Shown here: positions 48,082 to 58,538 of the stretch, one piece after another
Layout of the letters: every line of letters starts with the position of its first letter
How positions within the stretch are numbered: the first letter of the stretch is position 1
Origin: a virus
Direction: 5' to 3' (one strand)
IMG/VR virus record: IMGVR_UViG_3300047319_000410
Coordinates: 3,599-67,598 of that record
Length of the DNA: 64,000 nucleotides
Made by a program: the position numbers and the translations under genes
The notes under the pieces: model-generated
What the model saw: only the letters and a program-made list of their open reading frames with translations
Database searches by the model: none
What the model was told of the DNA's origin: nothing

Positions 48082-48702
48082 TTATTTTCTGTGTTCATTA
48101 AGTTTAGATTTTAATAATTGGATAAAAATCTTCTCATTTAATGACTTATTATAAACTTGCTTACATTTGTCTCCATAGCACTTAGATTCAAATAAATCTA
48201 AGGTAGCTCCTATAGTGGATTCATCAGGAACCAGATCAAAGGTAACTAAACTAAAGTCATCATTAACTTCCCATTTAGCTCCGTTAGTTTCTTCTTTTAA
48301 TTCAGTTAAAGTTCCGCCACCACGACTAGAGATTCCTAAGGTTACTCCATCTTTAATTAAAGTCTGAGCTATTTGACCTTTGGGAGTGTTTAAAAGTTCA
48401 ATTTCTCCCCAAACATCATTACCTTCCATCTTTAATCCTGTAACTCTATGGGAAGCATCAGAGTATTTAACATTTAATCTATCGGGATGGTCTAATTCTC
48501 CTAATAGTCTATGTTCATTAATTAAAGGAATTAATTTACCTACTTCTCTTTCAAGCAAGGTCTTCTTATAAATTCTTTGGTTTCTATTGGGAGTTTCTGC
48601 TCTTTGAAATAAACCTTTAAGTTTCATAGTGCCATTAGAGGCTGACTCTGAAACTATACAAGATTTACTTAAAGGATAGAATTCATTAAGAATTTTTAAC
48701 AT
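48082..48702 (-). CDS. prohead protease (gp21-like)
   Basis: NRNQRIY, LGELDHP, ASH, LNTPKG, LGISSRG.G, TFDLVPDES. Confidence 0.95.
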   Translation of the reverse strand: MLKILNEFYPLSKSCIVSESASNGTMKLKGLFQRAETPNRNQRIYKKTLLEREVGKLIPLINEHRLLGELDHPDRLNVKYSDASHRVTGLKMEGNDVWGEIELLNTPKGQIAQTLIKDGVTLGISSRGGGTLTELKEETNGAKWEVNDDFSLVTFDLVPDESTIGATLDLFESKCYGDKCKQVYNKSLNEKIFIQLLKSKLNEHRK

Positions 48703-49477
48703 TGTTTTTTAAATCTATTTTCTTTTTAGTATTTTTTATTCCATGTATAGACTTTATATCTTTTTTAACTTCTTTGCCGGCGTGTTCAGCAGTTTTAGGG
48801 CGAATAAAAGTCTCTGGGTGATTTCTTGTTCTTATTTTACTTTCTAAACTAGAAAGTCTTTTATATCTAGCTTTGCCTAAACTACCCTCTGAAACCTTAA
48901 GTTTTAAACGATGCATTATATTATGATTGCCACTCTTTAATCTAGCACCATCTTTAACTGTTTTTTTATAACTCATCTTAGCAGAATTAGATAATGCAGT
49001 TTCCCATCTTCGATGCATAAAGGGATTATCCATATGATCTTGAGTTATTAATTGAACTCCTCTTTTAATTCTGTGTTGTTTAGCTCTTTCTACTCTTCTT
49101 GCACCATAAGTAGATTCTTTAATCTTACGTCCACCTGCGAGATATTTCTGTTGAACTCTTTGAGCATAGCCCTTAATATCTGCTACTGGGGTATCTGCTG
49201 AAAATCCTTTATAAACTTTCTTTTTACCTGCTAAGTGAGATTTCTTTCCCCAAGTCGGGCGAGTAACAACATAAATTCTATTACTTCTATGAGTAGAGAA
49301 TATAGATCCATAATCTGCTCTATCTACTCCTTGGCCTAAAGTTTTAAATTGTCTAAATTTACCTTTTTTACCTCTAGCCTCACTAGATTTTGCACCACCT
49401 CCAGCCAAGTACTTACTTTTTGGCTTTCGTGTTAATCTCTTGATCCTACTCTCTTCAATTAAATCTAATAGATTCAT
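48686..49477 (-). CDS. highly basic putative internal head protein
   Basis: Lys/Arg-rich units separated by IEE|S, IKE|S, VSE|G. Confidence 0.65.
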   Translation of the reverse strand: MNLLDLIEESRIKRLTRKPKSKYLAGGGAKSSEARGKKGKFRQFKTLGQGVDRADYGSIFSTHRSNRIYVVTRPTWGKKSHLAGKKKVYKGFSADTPVADIKGYAQRVQQKYLAGGRKIKESTYGARRVERAKQHRIKRGVQLITQDHMDNPFMHRRWETALSNSAKMSYKKTVKDGARLKSGNHNIMHRLKLKVSEGSLGKARYKRLSSLESKIRTRNHPETFIRPKTAEHAGKEVKKDIKSIHGIKNTKKKIDLKNNVKNS

Positions 49478-50031
49478 TATCGTTGTTTATCATAAATATT
49501 ATTTATGATACCTAATAATTTCTTTTCTTTTTTAGTTTTAGTATTCTTTAAATATCTACGATATCTTGTAGGCCAGATTACTCCCTTGCCCGCACTCTTT
49601 CTACCAGGACCACCCATATTAACTCCGATTGATCCAACTGTAGTTCCTATACTTGCTCCTGTAATTTCATCAATTAATTTTTGAGCTTCATTTAAAAGAG
49701 ATTGAATCTTTTTAACTTTAGATTCTTTTACTTCTTTTTGATCTTTTCTAAATTTTCTTTTTAATTTAACTTTATCATGTAAAGAATCTGCTCTTTTTCC
49801 TTTTTCAACTCTACCTTTTCCGTGTTTTGGACTAAAGGATTTTATACTACTCATGTGCATTCTCATTAATCGTTTATGTCCAATACTGCCCTCATCTATT
49901 TTATCTAAATTAATCTTAGAGATATCTGGCATATCATAATCAGGATGAGGAGGAAGTATATTTGTTGCACCAGGAGTTTTTAGCATCTCCTCTAAGATAT
50001 TCATTGATTCTGATATTAATGATTTAGCCAT
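49477..50031 (-). CDS. basic putative internal head protein
   Basis: ISE|S, IDE|GSIG, VKE|S, LNE|A sites. Confidence 0.65.
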   Translation of the reverse strand: MAKSLISESMNILEEMLKTPGATNILPPHPDYDMPDISKINLDKIDEGSIGHKRLMRMHMSSIKSFSPKHGKGRVEKGKRADSLHDKVKLKRKFRKDQKEVKESKVKKIQSLLNEAQKLIDEITGASIGTTVGSIGVNMGGPGRKSAGKGVIWPTRYRRYLKNTKTKKEKKLLGIINNIYDKQR

Positions 50032-51263
50032 TATTCATCATTTCCTATATGTAAACTTCCAAATCTATGTTTTCTCTTTAATTTTAATTTCTTTTGATAT
50101 TGTATGGAAGTAGCAAGAGTACTTTTAAGTTTATCTCTATTTATGAAAGTTTCTCCTGGAGGACTAATAGCTTTAGTTACTCTATGAGCGATTCTCTTAT
50201 TTCTTTTAACCCCAATACTACCTTCTTTAATTAAACTCTTTTCTGCTTCAATAAATCGTTCTACTTGTCTCTTAATATGAGCAAAGTCTTTTGATTTAGG
50301 GAATCTACCTTTATTATTTTTAAGTTTAATCCCCCTAGCTGCTAATCTAGATGCTGAGGCTTGTCTATTAATTAATTGAAGTTTTCTACCTTCTCTTGAT
50401 CTTAGTGCTTGTGGGCCTTGTTTAGTTAATTTCTTTAGTCCTGAATTAGCACCATGAGTTACTTTGTTAGCAGATTTAATACTCTTATGCTTTTCATGTT
50501 CTGCTGACTTTTTAGCAGAGTAATTAGTTAGTTTATTAGCTGCTTTGTGGCCGTGGAATGATAACTTTCTAACTCCTCTACCAATTAAACCTGCTAATCC
50601 ACCTAAGAATTCATTAATATTCTCTTGGTTAGCTTCAATGCCTTTAGATTCTAAGAACTGAGTTACTATTTTAGTTGCCTGTTCTTTAGTTACGGATTTA
50701 TAATTACGTTTTGCTCGAAGATTTTTTTTATGACTAATATAATCTGTAGAAACTTTATCTAATTTAGATTCCGTACCTTTACTAAATCCATGTTTATCTA
50801 ATAATTTTGCACCAACTTTTCTAATTCTTAGCATCCTTTTAGCACCAAGACTTCCTTCTTCTATGGACTCTTTAACTTTCTTTTTCTTAGTTACTGAAAC
50901 TGATTTATCAAAGTTTTTCATAGCAGGAGCAACAGTACCATAATAAGCACCGGCATTAAACTCAGAACCTTGAGTCTTTCGATTCCTCATTTTGTTCATT
51001 ATATTGTATACTTGAGACTTCTTCTTACCCGCCTTTTCAGCAGATAAATTTTTATACATATTTAATTGAGTAGCAATACGTTTTCCTGTTCCTACTCCAC
51101 TTCCGCCTGTAGTCTCGCCCTCTTGAACTGATTCTTTCATTTTCTTTTTCTTACCCTTATGAGGTTTTAGGCCTGTAGACGAAACACAAATAGGCCATGC
51201 ACTATCTTTAGCTTTGCCTTTTGCAATTAAATGCTTAACACAGCGTTCAAGTTTTTCTGGCAT
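50031..51263 (-). CDS. highly basic putative internal head polyprotein
   Basis: VQE|G, IEE|GSLG, INE|F, IKE|GSIG sites separating basic units. Confidence 0.65.
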   Translation of the reverse strand: MPEKLERCVKHLIAKGKAKDSAWPICVSSTGLKPHKGKKKKMKESVQEGETTGGSGVGTGKRIATQLNMYKNLSAEKAGKKKSQVYNIMNKMRNRKTQGSEFNAGAYYGTVAPAMKNFDKSVSVTKKKKVKESIEEGSLGAKRMLRIRKVGAKLLDKHGFSKGTESKLDKVSTDYISHKKNLRAKRNYKSVTKEQATKIVTQFLESKGIEANQENINEFLGGLAGLIGRGVRKLSFHGHKAANKLTNYSAKKSAEHEKHKSIKSANKVTHGANSGLKKLTKQGPQALRSREGRKLQLINRQASASRLAARGIKLKNNKGRFPKSKDFAHIKRQVERFIEAEKSLIKEGSIGVKRNKRIAHRVTKAISPPGETFINRDKLKSTLATSIQYQKKLKLKRKHRFGSLHIGNDE

Positions 51264-51266
51264 AAA

Positions 51267-51815
51267 TTAATTATTATCAATACAACAGCCCCAAGCACAT
51301 CCAATAAATGCTGTCTCAGCGGCTTGTTGGGCATTAGAAAGAGTAGTTGCTATAGTATTAGCACTAGCAGTAAAGGTATTAGCACAAGTCTGCATAGCAG
51401 CAAAATATGTATTTTTACACACAGTTCTTTCAGCAGCATTATGTGCGGCTAATAAACATGCCGTATAAGCATTTCCAGCGGTTGTTGTACATCCATTATA
51501 AGTAACAGCAGCATCATCATAAGATGCACACGCAGCCGCATATGCACTATTAACGCTGTCATTATAAGAAGTTTCACACCAAGAAACACATAATACATCT
51601 AGATATTTTCCTTCTGGACATGGTGTTGGATCTGGTGGACTTGGAATCAAACCATTGCAATATGGATTTGTCGAATCATGAAAAACTACAGGAATAAATG
51701 GAGTTGGAGCAGTTATAATAGTTGTGGTAACAGGTTTAAATCCAGCACCCATAAAGAATGCTGAAATCATAAAAAGTACACAAAGACTTGTAAGAATATA
51801 CTTAGTCTTATTCAT
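51267..51815 (-). CDS. exported cysteine-rich protein
   Basis: N-terminal hydrophobic signal/TM, Pro-rich linker, about a dozen Cys in an Ala-rich helical body; start reassigned to MNKTKY. Confidence 0.7.
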   Translation of the reverse strand: MNKTKYILTSLCVLFMISAFFMGAGFKPVTTTIITAPTPFIPVVFHDSTNPYCNGLIPSPPDPTPCPEGKYLDVLCVSWCETSYNDSVNSAYAAACASYDDAAVTYNGCTTTAGNAYTACLLAAHNAAERTVCKNTYFAAMQTCANTFTASANTIATTLSNAQQAAETAFIGCAWGCCIDNN

Positions 51816-52182
51816 CTTCGTCCTCATTTTCATCATCAGGACCGTCCTCCTCTTCAGTTTCTTCTTCTACTTCCTCTTCTATGGTTTCTTCGTTTTCCTC
51901 AGATTCCATAGCTTCGGTAATAGCAGTTAGATTTTCATAAAGAGTTGAGAATCTCTCTAGAAGAGTTTCGTCGTCAAAGTCTTCAGGAAGTTCATTCTCA
52001 CAAAGAGGGCAGAAATGAGTTTCTTGCTCATTAACCTCTTCTGCTTCGTCTTCCTTTTCCTTCTTACTTTCTACAACTACTTCCTTTTTATCTTCTACTG
52101 GAGCCTCTACTTCCTTAGTATTAAAGCCAGAGCGTTCCATTAAAAAGTTACGAACATTATCATTAATAGTAAATCCATCCAT
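51808..52182 (-). CDS. acidic protein with CPLC, possibly a prohead core component
   Basis: Very Glu/Asp-rich; first gene of the head operon; GGAG SD. Confidence 0.6.
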   Translation of the reverse strand: MDGFTINDNVRNFLMERSGFNTKEVEAPVEDKKEVVVESKKEKEDEAEEVNEQETHFCPLCENELPEDFDDETLLERFSTLYENLTAITEAMESEENEETIEEEVEEETEEEDGPDDENEDEDE

Positions 52183-52259
52183 ATTTTATACTCCAGTTTG
52201 TTTCCTGTCTATATTTTATATATAAACCAAGATAATAAATCTAAATATTTTTTATTTTT

Positions 52260-52520
52260 TTAATCTGCTGTAGTTATTAAACTTAATGCTATAACTTGAC
52301 TACCATCGGAACACACGCTTCCTGTGATAGTAACCGGAGAATCATAACAAAACACATTTAATGCTCCGGTTAATATTGTTCCTATACCATGCTGAGGTAC
52401 ATTATCTCCTACTATTGATATTGGAAGACCCTCTACGAACACATTATTTAAATTTAATGGTCCTGGGGCTATTGCGCCTCCATTATTAGTAGGATCTCCA
52501 AGTCTAGCAATATTAGGCAT
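52260..52520 (-). CDS. PAAR-like spike tip protein
   Basis: IARLGD, NVFVEGLPISIVGD, H, NVF....TGS.CSDG. Confidence 0.8.
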   Translation of the reverse strand: MPNIARLGDPTNNGGAIAPGPLNLNNVFVEGLPISIVGDNVPQHGIGTILTGALNVFCYDSPVTITGSVCSDGSQVIALSLITTAD

Positions 52521-52521
52521 T

Positions 52522-54801
52522 TTAATTTAAAGTTATAGTTTGAGTATCAAAACTACCATTCCCACCATGATTAAAGAACGTAGGAGGATATCCTACCATT
52601 TCCCAGGTAACAGTAGGATAAGTAGCAATACTAATTAATGGATCTAAAGCTGAGGAACCACTTAATCTCTTCCAGAAAGGATTATCTAATAAAGTAATAA
52701 AAGTGGAATAAGCTATACAATCCCTACCACCGTCTCCAGAAGTAGTATTAGTTGGATCTAATAATGCAGTATCATAATGAACTGGGAATGCTACGTAGAT
52801 TATAAAATGATCACTATACTTCTCAACCCATATACTTTGAGTCTCAGATTGGGTGCTATTTCCATCAATATAAGAAAATTGTCCTGTATATTGTAATTTA
52901 GCCACAATATCATAAGTAGTAAGTCCTGCTGGTAGGAAGCCAAAATTTATTTTTTTCTTTATAAAGGTTATTCTATTAAAATGACTTTGCCCACCACCTA
53001 TAAGAGGAAGTGCGCTAAAATCTCCGGCCCCTAAAGCCTCTCCTCCTTGGGGAGAACTATAAATGCGATGTGAAATAGTATTCCAATAGTCTATTTTAAC
53101 ATCATGAATATAATCATTTCTATGTACGTCAAATCCTGGTAGTGGTGGGGTTGTCCAATCAGCAATATCCCATTCGGGATCTAAAGGTATTGGATCTACA
53201 ACATCTAATTGGAATGTACCATTATTAGCAATATCTGTCATAAATAAGTCAGGCAATGAACTAGCCCCACTTAAACTATTATCATGATTATAATCAATAA
53301 CCCCTGCTTGATGTAAAAGTGCTCCTTCTACACCATATCTAACCCCTCCACGAATGATTCCCCCCGCTAGAACGCTTGGTCTTGCAGTAGGTTGTTCATT
53401 AATAACAGTATTAACATAATTTATCACATTAGTAATCTGTTCATCTATCTGAATCTGTCCTACAGCCGGATTACCTAAAGAAAGAGGAGGTACTGCACCG
53501 GCAATTCCTGTTCTTTCGGCATAACTTAATTCCGCAGTTCTAAAGAATGGACGAATATCAATTATCTGGTCAGAAGATATAATAGGATTGCCATTAGTAT
53601 CAACTGGAGTAGTATTTTTAATTAAAACATAACATACTGGTAGAACTGATTGTCCTATAATTTGTAAATCATTAGTTTGTAAACTATCAGCAAGTAAAGG
53701 AGCTAAATTAAGAAGATCTTCTGGAGAGGGGAATGATCCGTGAATATTAAGTGCTGAGAATCCATTATCAACTAAAGTATCTGATTCATTAGGAATCATT
53801 ACTGGAGTAAATCCCTCATTGTCTCTATTAGGCAACGGTTGTGATATTGTATTCTGACCAGAAGGAGTAAATTGAAGAATCCCAAGTCCTGCGCCCTTAA
53901 GAATACCTAAGGTAGGTCTATTAATAGTGGTAGGAGTATTTCCTCCTCCTCCATATTGTTGAATTTTAGTTGCAGTAGCATCTATAGGATGAGTATAGAT
54001 AAATACTAAGTCAATTCTTTGGGTAGCAGGAATTGGAATAATAGTAGCGCCAGAAACATAAAAGAAATCATCAGGATCAAAAGGAGGAACAATAATACTA
54101 AGTTCTGTTGGAACATCTACAACCGCTGTTCTAGCTACTCCTCTCCATCTTTGTACGAATTTATTAAAGAAGAAACTTATTCTAGGAGAAGTAGATTGAA
54201 TATCTAAGTTCCCTCCAAGAGCATTTCTAAAGTCCTGAATTAAAGGAAAAGGTTGGTGGGCTGCCCCTGGATCTATATTTCCAGGAATTGGATATTGTGG
54301 AGAGTTAGATCCTATAGTAGCAGATGTAATAGTATAAGGAGTATCTTTATTTATTACTATAAAAGTTAAAGCTCTCTCCATTAAACCATTATTATTAGTT
54401 GCATTAGAAGCAATAATATTGCTCATTATTTGTAAGAAATTAATTTGATACTGAGCATTAGTGTAATATCCTAAAGTACCTAATGTTTGTCCTTGAGTCT
54501 TATCAAAAGTTAATATTGGAGTTTGAGAAGCATCATTAACTCTAGCCATAAATCTTCCGGGCTTAACTCTAACAAGATCATCCGACCCATTACTATAAGG
54601 AAGTAATTCAGTAAATCCAGACCTGTCTATGCTTCCAGCAGTATTTCCTCCTCCGGCTGTTCCTCCTATCTGATCCTTTAACCAAAGATCATTCTCTATT
54701 AATTGAGATAAAGGAATATTATCTACTTGCCAAAAATAAGGATCATTAGCCTTAAATAATCTTATGGGAGATGTAAATTGATGTGTACTTGGTAAAGCCA
54801 T
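52522..54801 (-). CDS. baseplate/tail structural protein
   Basis: 759 aa in the baseplate cluster; N-terminal WQVDNIPL..L resembles WEQDNLPI..L of the upstream gene. Confidence 0.6.
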   Translation of the reverse strand: MALPSTHQFTSPIRLFKANDPYFWQVDNIPLSQLIENDLWLKDQIGGTAGGGNTAGSIDRSGFTELLPYSNGSDDLVRVKPGRFMARVNDASQTPILTFDKTQGQTLGTLGYYTNAQYQINFLQIMSNIIASNATNNNGLMERALTFIVINKDTPYTITSATIGSNSPQYPIPGNIDPGAAHQPFPLIQDFRNALGGNLDIQSTSPRISFFFNKFVQRWRGVARTAVVDVPTELSIIVPPFDPDDFFYVSGATIIPIPATQRIDLVFIYTHPIDATATKIQQYGGGGNTPTTINRPTLGILKGAGLGILQFTPSGQNTISQPLPNRDNEGFTPVMIPNESDTLVDNGFSALNIHGSFPSPEDLLNLAPLLADSLQTNDLQIIGQSVLPVCYVLIKNTTPVDTNGNPIISSDQIIDIRPFFRTAELSYAERTGIAGAVPPLSLGNPAVGQIQIDEQITNVINYVNTVINEQPTARPSVLAGGIIRGGVRYGVEGALLHQAGVIDYNHDNSLSGASSLPDLFMTDIANNGTFQLDVVDPIPLDPEWDIADWTTPPLPGFDVHRNDYIHDVKIDYWNTISHRIYSSPQGGEALGAGDFSALPLIGGGQSHFNRITFIKKKINFGFLPAGLTTYDIVAKLQYTGQFSYIDGNSTQSETQSIWVEKYSDHFIIYVAFPVHYDTALLDPTNTTSGDGGRDCIAYSTFITLLDNPFWKRLSGSSALDPLISIATYPTVTWEMVGYPPTFFNHGGNGSFDTQTITLN

Positions 54802-54802
54802 A

Positions 54803-57800
54803 TTAATTAATTCGTCCTAGTTCAAATATATTCGCAGAGTAAAATCCACCACCATCGGCTCCTTCACTATCCAATCCCTCTCCACCCCTATTATTTTTAG
54901 CTTTATATATCATAATCTGTCTTCCTGTGCCTGACTTATTTAAAGATAAATGCTTAGCGTTTGCAAATGTATTAGCCGCAGATTCATCCAAAAATATTCT
55001 TCCTATGGTTGAATCCAACATCGCACTAGCATAATAAAATCCAGATAAAGTGCTAGCTGCGCCATAAATAGTATCATCTGCAATAGCCACCAATGTAGCA
55101 GAAGGATTATATCCTTGTGCAAAAGATTGATATACAAGTCCTAGGGCTGAAGTAGTATAATTTAAACTCTTAGCAAGTGTAAAGGGTGAAAGATAAATTC
55201 TAAATGGCCCATAATTAGATTTACTAGCCCCAGGCCTAACTATTGATGATCCACCAAATAAATCTAATATGCTTTGGGATGAACTATCTGGAGTCCCTGC
55301 TGGAGCCCCATAAGCCACAACTCCAGCCCCAGAACTATAAACAGAACTAGGCCCATCATAACCAGCACCAGATGGATATAATCCACTAACACTTAGATAA
55401 GCTGCTCTTAATTTTGAGGTATCAGCAATATTCCAAATAAATAATTGTTCAAAATTATCTGTTGAATCATAATGTATTCCACTAACATTACCAAATCCCA
55501 TAGGGAAATTTACATTGTGCAAATTTACTAAACTATCGGTAACTGCTCTTACACATACCCCACCTTCGCTTATAGCACTTTGAGCCCCTAAAGTACTTGT
55601 TCCTATTTGTAATGGATTAGTAACAGTTGCAAAAGCTAATATAGTATTTTGTGGATTAGGGTAAAATTGTAAAAATCCAGCAGAAACATAAGAAGCATTA
55701 CTATAAGAATTTTTACTCATATCACTAATAGCAACATCTGGGTTGGATCCCCAATGAGTAGTAAAATCTCCTAAATCTTTAGCATCTAATATAGAGTTAT
55801 GATTTAATACTATACAAGCTCTAGTAGAATGAAATTCTGCTTTAGTATGATTTGTAGTATCTACTAAATTCCAACCACTAACATCAACGGAACCTGAGTC
55901 TAGTCTTGGGGGATTAATAAAGATTGTAGAATTATTTTCTGCTAAACAATCAACACCAAATTGTGCTACTTTAGTTGGACCAGTAAATTCAATTTCTGAT
56001 TCTCCACTAATAAATACCCCAGCATTATATTGTTGGGTGCTTATTGTTCCAGGGCCTATTATAAAAGTAGCATAAAGTCCAGATCCTCTACAAATTATAT
56101 TAGAATTTCTCTTAGCAGATATAGCAGCACCATAAATTGGACCATCATAACCTCTCGGAGCAGCACCAGTATATTCAAGTGTAGCACCATTTAAATGTAC
56201 AAATTCTGCTTGTGTGCCATAAACATCTATCCCTGGTAATAAATGCTTAATACTTCCACTATTATCCCCAGGAGAAATAGCGTGAGAACTTACTGAATAA
56301 AATCTACCATATACTGAAGGCATATTTGTAGTTTTAGTAGGTAAGATGGTAGAATTTCTAGCAACTATATTTTGACCATTTCTATCTAAATAAAATTGTT
56401 GAAAATCTGTAATTGAAGGTGCAAAAGACGATAAATTAGAATTATAAATTAAATGAGAATTATTTAAACTTAATCCAAAACTTTTTTGTCTATCAATTCC
56501 AAATTCTTGTAAATTGAAATTAGAATTAACTCCAATTATGCCAACATTATTACAGAATACATCCGGTCTTCCATTAAATTTAAATATAGAACTATTACCT
56601 CTAATACCTATCTTATTATTATAATAAGATTGTAACCAGAGGGTGGACCCTAGGACGCTACTGCTACTCCTTGAGAATCCTCCCCCTATCACTGAATTAT
56701 AAGCATCTAATCCAACTCCATTCCTGGAGAATGCTAATAATATATCATCATTTTGAGCATAATTAGTATTAGAACTTAAGTTAAGTTCTGTGTTTACTAA
56801 TTTAACTCCTGCGCCTTCATCTAATGAAGGTCTAACTGATGCACTTAAAGCATAGTTTCTATATCCTATTACTCCTCTAGAGAATATTACTTTAGAGTTT
56901 GTTGCCTTGTACCCAGATTCAGTACTTCGCATTGAAGCACAATTTTCAATTATTACATTTGAGTTATTAATCTCAAACCCATTATTAGTAGTATGTACGT
57001 TAACATCTCCTCCGTCTACACACAGTCCTCTAAGATAAATAGGACCATCACAATTTTCTATTTTAATACTGTTAAAGTAATTACCATATACTAGAATTTC
57101 AACTGCGTCACTTATAGCAGCATTAGTTCGTTTAATTTCTGTAATACCATCAATTCCATATACAGGAAGAACATCCCCAGTAGTAACAGATGCATCTTGA
57201 GTACTTCCAAATACACTTCCAGCATTAAAAGTAAATATATTATTAGCTACTGTAGTTAATCCAGCAGAGTTTACCACGACTGTCATTCTATCAGTCTTTT
57301 GGCCCCCAGGTTTAGAAACAAATATTCTATTAGTAGTATTATAACTACCATCTCCAGCACCAGATAATATAGTTGTTCCAAGACTTACTGTAGATGTATT
57401 AAGAAGAGTATTTTTTAAATCTAGAGAAGATACAGCAGAAACAAAGATTTGACCATCTACCGTAACTAATCCATTAACTATAGCAGATGCTTGAACTGTT
57501 CTTCCATAACATCTATTAATAATTTCTAATACACCATTTTTAGTAATTTTAATATTATTTAAATTTAATGAACTTAAAGCACCAAAAGTTGCAATCTCAA
57601 TTTGCATTGGAAATGATATAACTTCTGGTATTGCATTTACTAAATCTGATATTACAGTAAATACATTTTGAACACTATTAGGATTTGAACCAGAAAGGAC
57701 GTAACTTATTCCAGGTATTGAAGAGGTCGGGAATCCCATCCTCTCAAAATTAAATTGAGTTCTAGTCTCTAAGTCATAAATAGGTAAATTATCCTGTTCC

Positions 57801-57910
57801 CAATTATAAAAAGATGATGAATCAAATTTATAAACACTAGGTACCCAAGTATTTCCTACTTTAGATGAACCACCATTTCCTGTAAAAGTATCATTAATAT
57901 CAAAGGCCAT
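54803..57910 (-). CDS. tail/baseplate protein with parallel beta-helix region
   Basis: 1035 aa; repeated N.xGI...NS.. units typical of right-handed beta-helices. Confidence 0.65.
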   Translation of the reverse strand: MAFDINDTFTGNGGSSKVGNTWVPSVYKFDSSSFYNWEQDNLPIYDLETRTQFNFERMGFPTSSIPGISYVLSGSNPNSVQNVFTVISDLVNAIPEVISFPMQIEIATFGALSSLNLNNIKITKNGVLEIINRCYGRTVQASAIVNGLVTVDGQIFVSAVSSLDLKNTLLNTSTVSLGTTILSGAGDGSYNTTNRIFVSKPGGQKTDRMTVVVNSAGLTTVANNIFTFNAGSVFGSTQDASVTTGDVLPVYGIDGITEIKRTNAAISDAVEILVYGNYFNSIKIENCDGPIYLRGLCVDGGDVNVHTTNNGFEINNSNVIIENCASMRSTESGYKATNSKVIFSRGVIGYRNYALSASVRPSLDEGAGVKLVNTELNLSSNTNYAQNDDILLAFSRNGVGLDAYNSVIGGGFSRSSSSVLGSTLWLQSYYNNKIGIRGNSSIFKFNGRPDVFCNNVGIIGVNSNFNLQEFGIDRQKSFGLSLNNSHLIYNSNLSSFAPSITDFQQFYLDRNGQNIVARNSTILPTKTTNMPSVYGRFYSVSSHAISPGDNSGSIKHLLPGIDVYGTQAEFVHLNGATLEYTGAAPRGYDGPIYGAAISAKRNSNIICRGSGLYATFIIGPGTISTQQYNAGVFISGESEIEFTGPTKVAQFGVDCLAENNSTIFINPPRLDSGSVDVSGWNLVDTTNHTKAEFHSTRACIVLNHNSILDAKDLGDFTTHWGSNPDVAISDMSKNSYSNASYVSAGFLQFYPNPQNTILAFATVTNPLQIGTSTLGAQSAISEGGVCVRAVTDSLVNLHNVNFPMGFGNVSGIHYDSTDNFEQLFIWNIADTSKLRAAYLSVSGLYPSGAGYDGPSSVYSSGAGVVAYGAPAGTPDSSSQSILDLFGGSSIVRPGASKSNYGPFRIYLSPFTLAKSLNYTTSALGLVYQSFAQGYNPSATLVAIADDTIYGAASTLSGFYYASAMLDSTIGRIFLDESAANTFANAKHLSLNKSGTGRQIMIYKAKNNRGGEGLDSEGADGGGFYSANIFELGRIN

Positions 57911-57922
57911 AGTTAAAATTTC

Positions 57923-58501
57923 CTAGAATTGCAATGTCCATCTAAACACAAGGTTGAAAGAATTACTCTTAGTTATTGTTGGGAAACTCTTGTAAGCTGC
58001 TAATATAGCCGCAGGTACTACTCTACTTAATGGATTTTTAATAAAAATACCAATCTCATTTAAAGCTATTCCATTAGAACTATTCTCGTCTATAGAAAGA
58101 GTATATCTAACAGAAGAATCAGTTACTCTAGTTACTTGATTAAATGGAATTACTAAAAATGGTAGATTCTGTACTATGACTCCATTTTTAATCTGATCTA
58201 TGGTAGCAACTACTAAAGCTGCATTTGTCCCATATTGAGCAGCAGTTAAAGGAGAACTTAATTGATAAGTACTTGAAACTTCTAAAGCCGAAGTACCTGA
58301 AGTTCCTAACTGAAAGTAAGTAATCTGATAGTCAGTTATTAAATTAGATCCCGCTCCTTGGAATAAGAGAGATAGACCTACACCCATTCCCGATACGATT
58401 ATATTATGATCGTCATGATATAATTCTTCTCTACCATCTCTATATTGTTTAAAGATTTGTAAATGACCAGACATTTCGAGTTTATCATTAAAATTAAACA
58501 T
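57923..58501 (-). CDS. baseplate/tail-fibre attachment protein
   Basis: HNIIV..G, YFQLGT, LNEIGIF, AYKSF..ITK....LVFRWTL. Confidence 0.6.
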   Translation of the reverse strand: MFNFNDKLEMSGHLQIFKQYRDGREELYHDDHNIIVSGMGVGLSLLFQGAGSNLITDYQITYFQLGTSGTSALEVSSTYQLSSPLTAAQYGTNAALVVATIDQIKNGVIVQNLPFLVIPFNQVTRVTDSSVRYTLSIDENSSNGIALNEIGIFIKNPLSRVVPAAILAAYKSFPTITKSNSFNLVFRWTLQF

Positions 58502-58538
58502 AATTAACTTATATACCTTATCTAGGTTAAATCTTAAA

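Noticed and set aside
52183-52259. AT-rich gap as an origin or ncRNA
   Set aside because: Short and unstructured; most simply the promoter and SD region of the head operon
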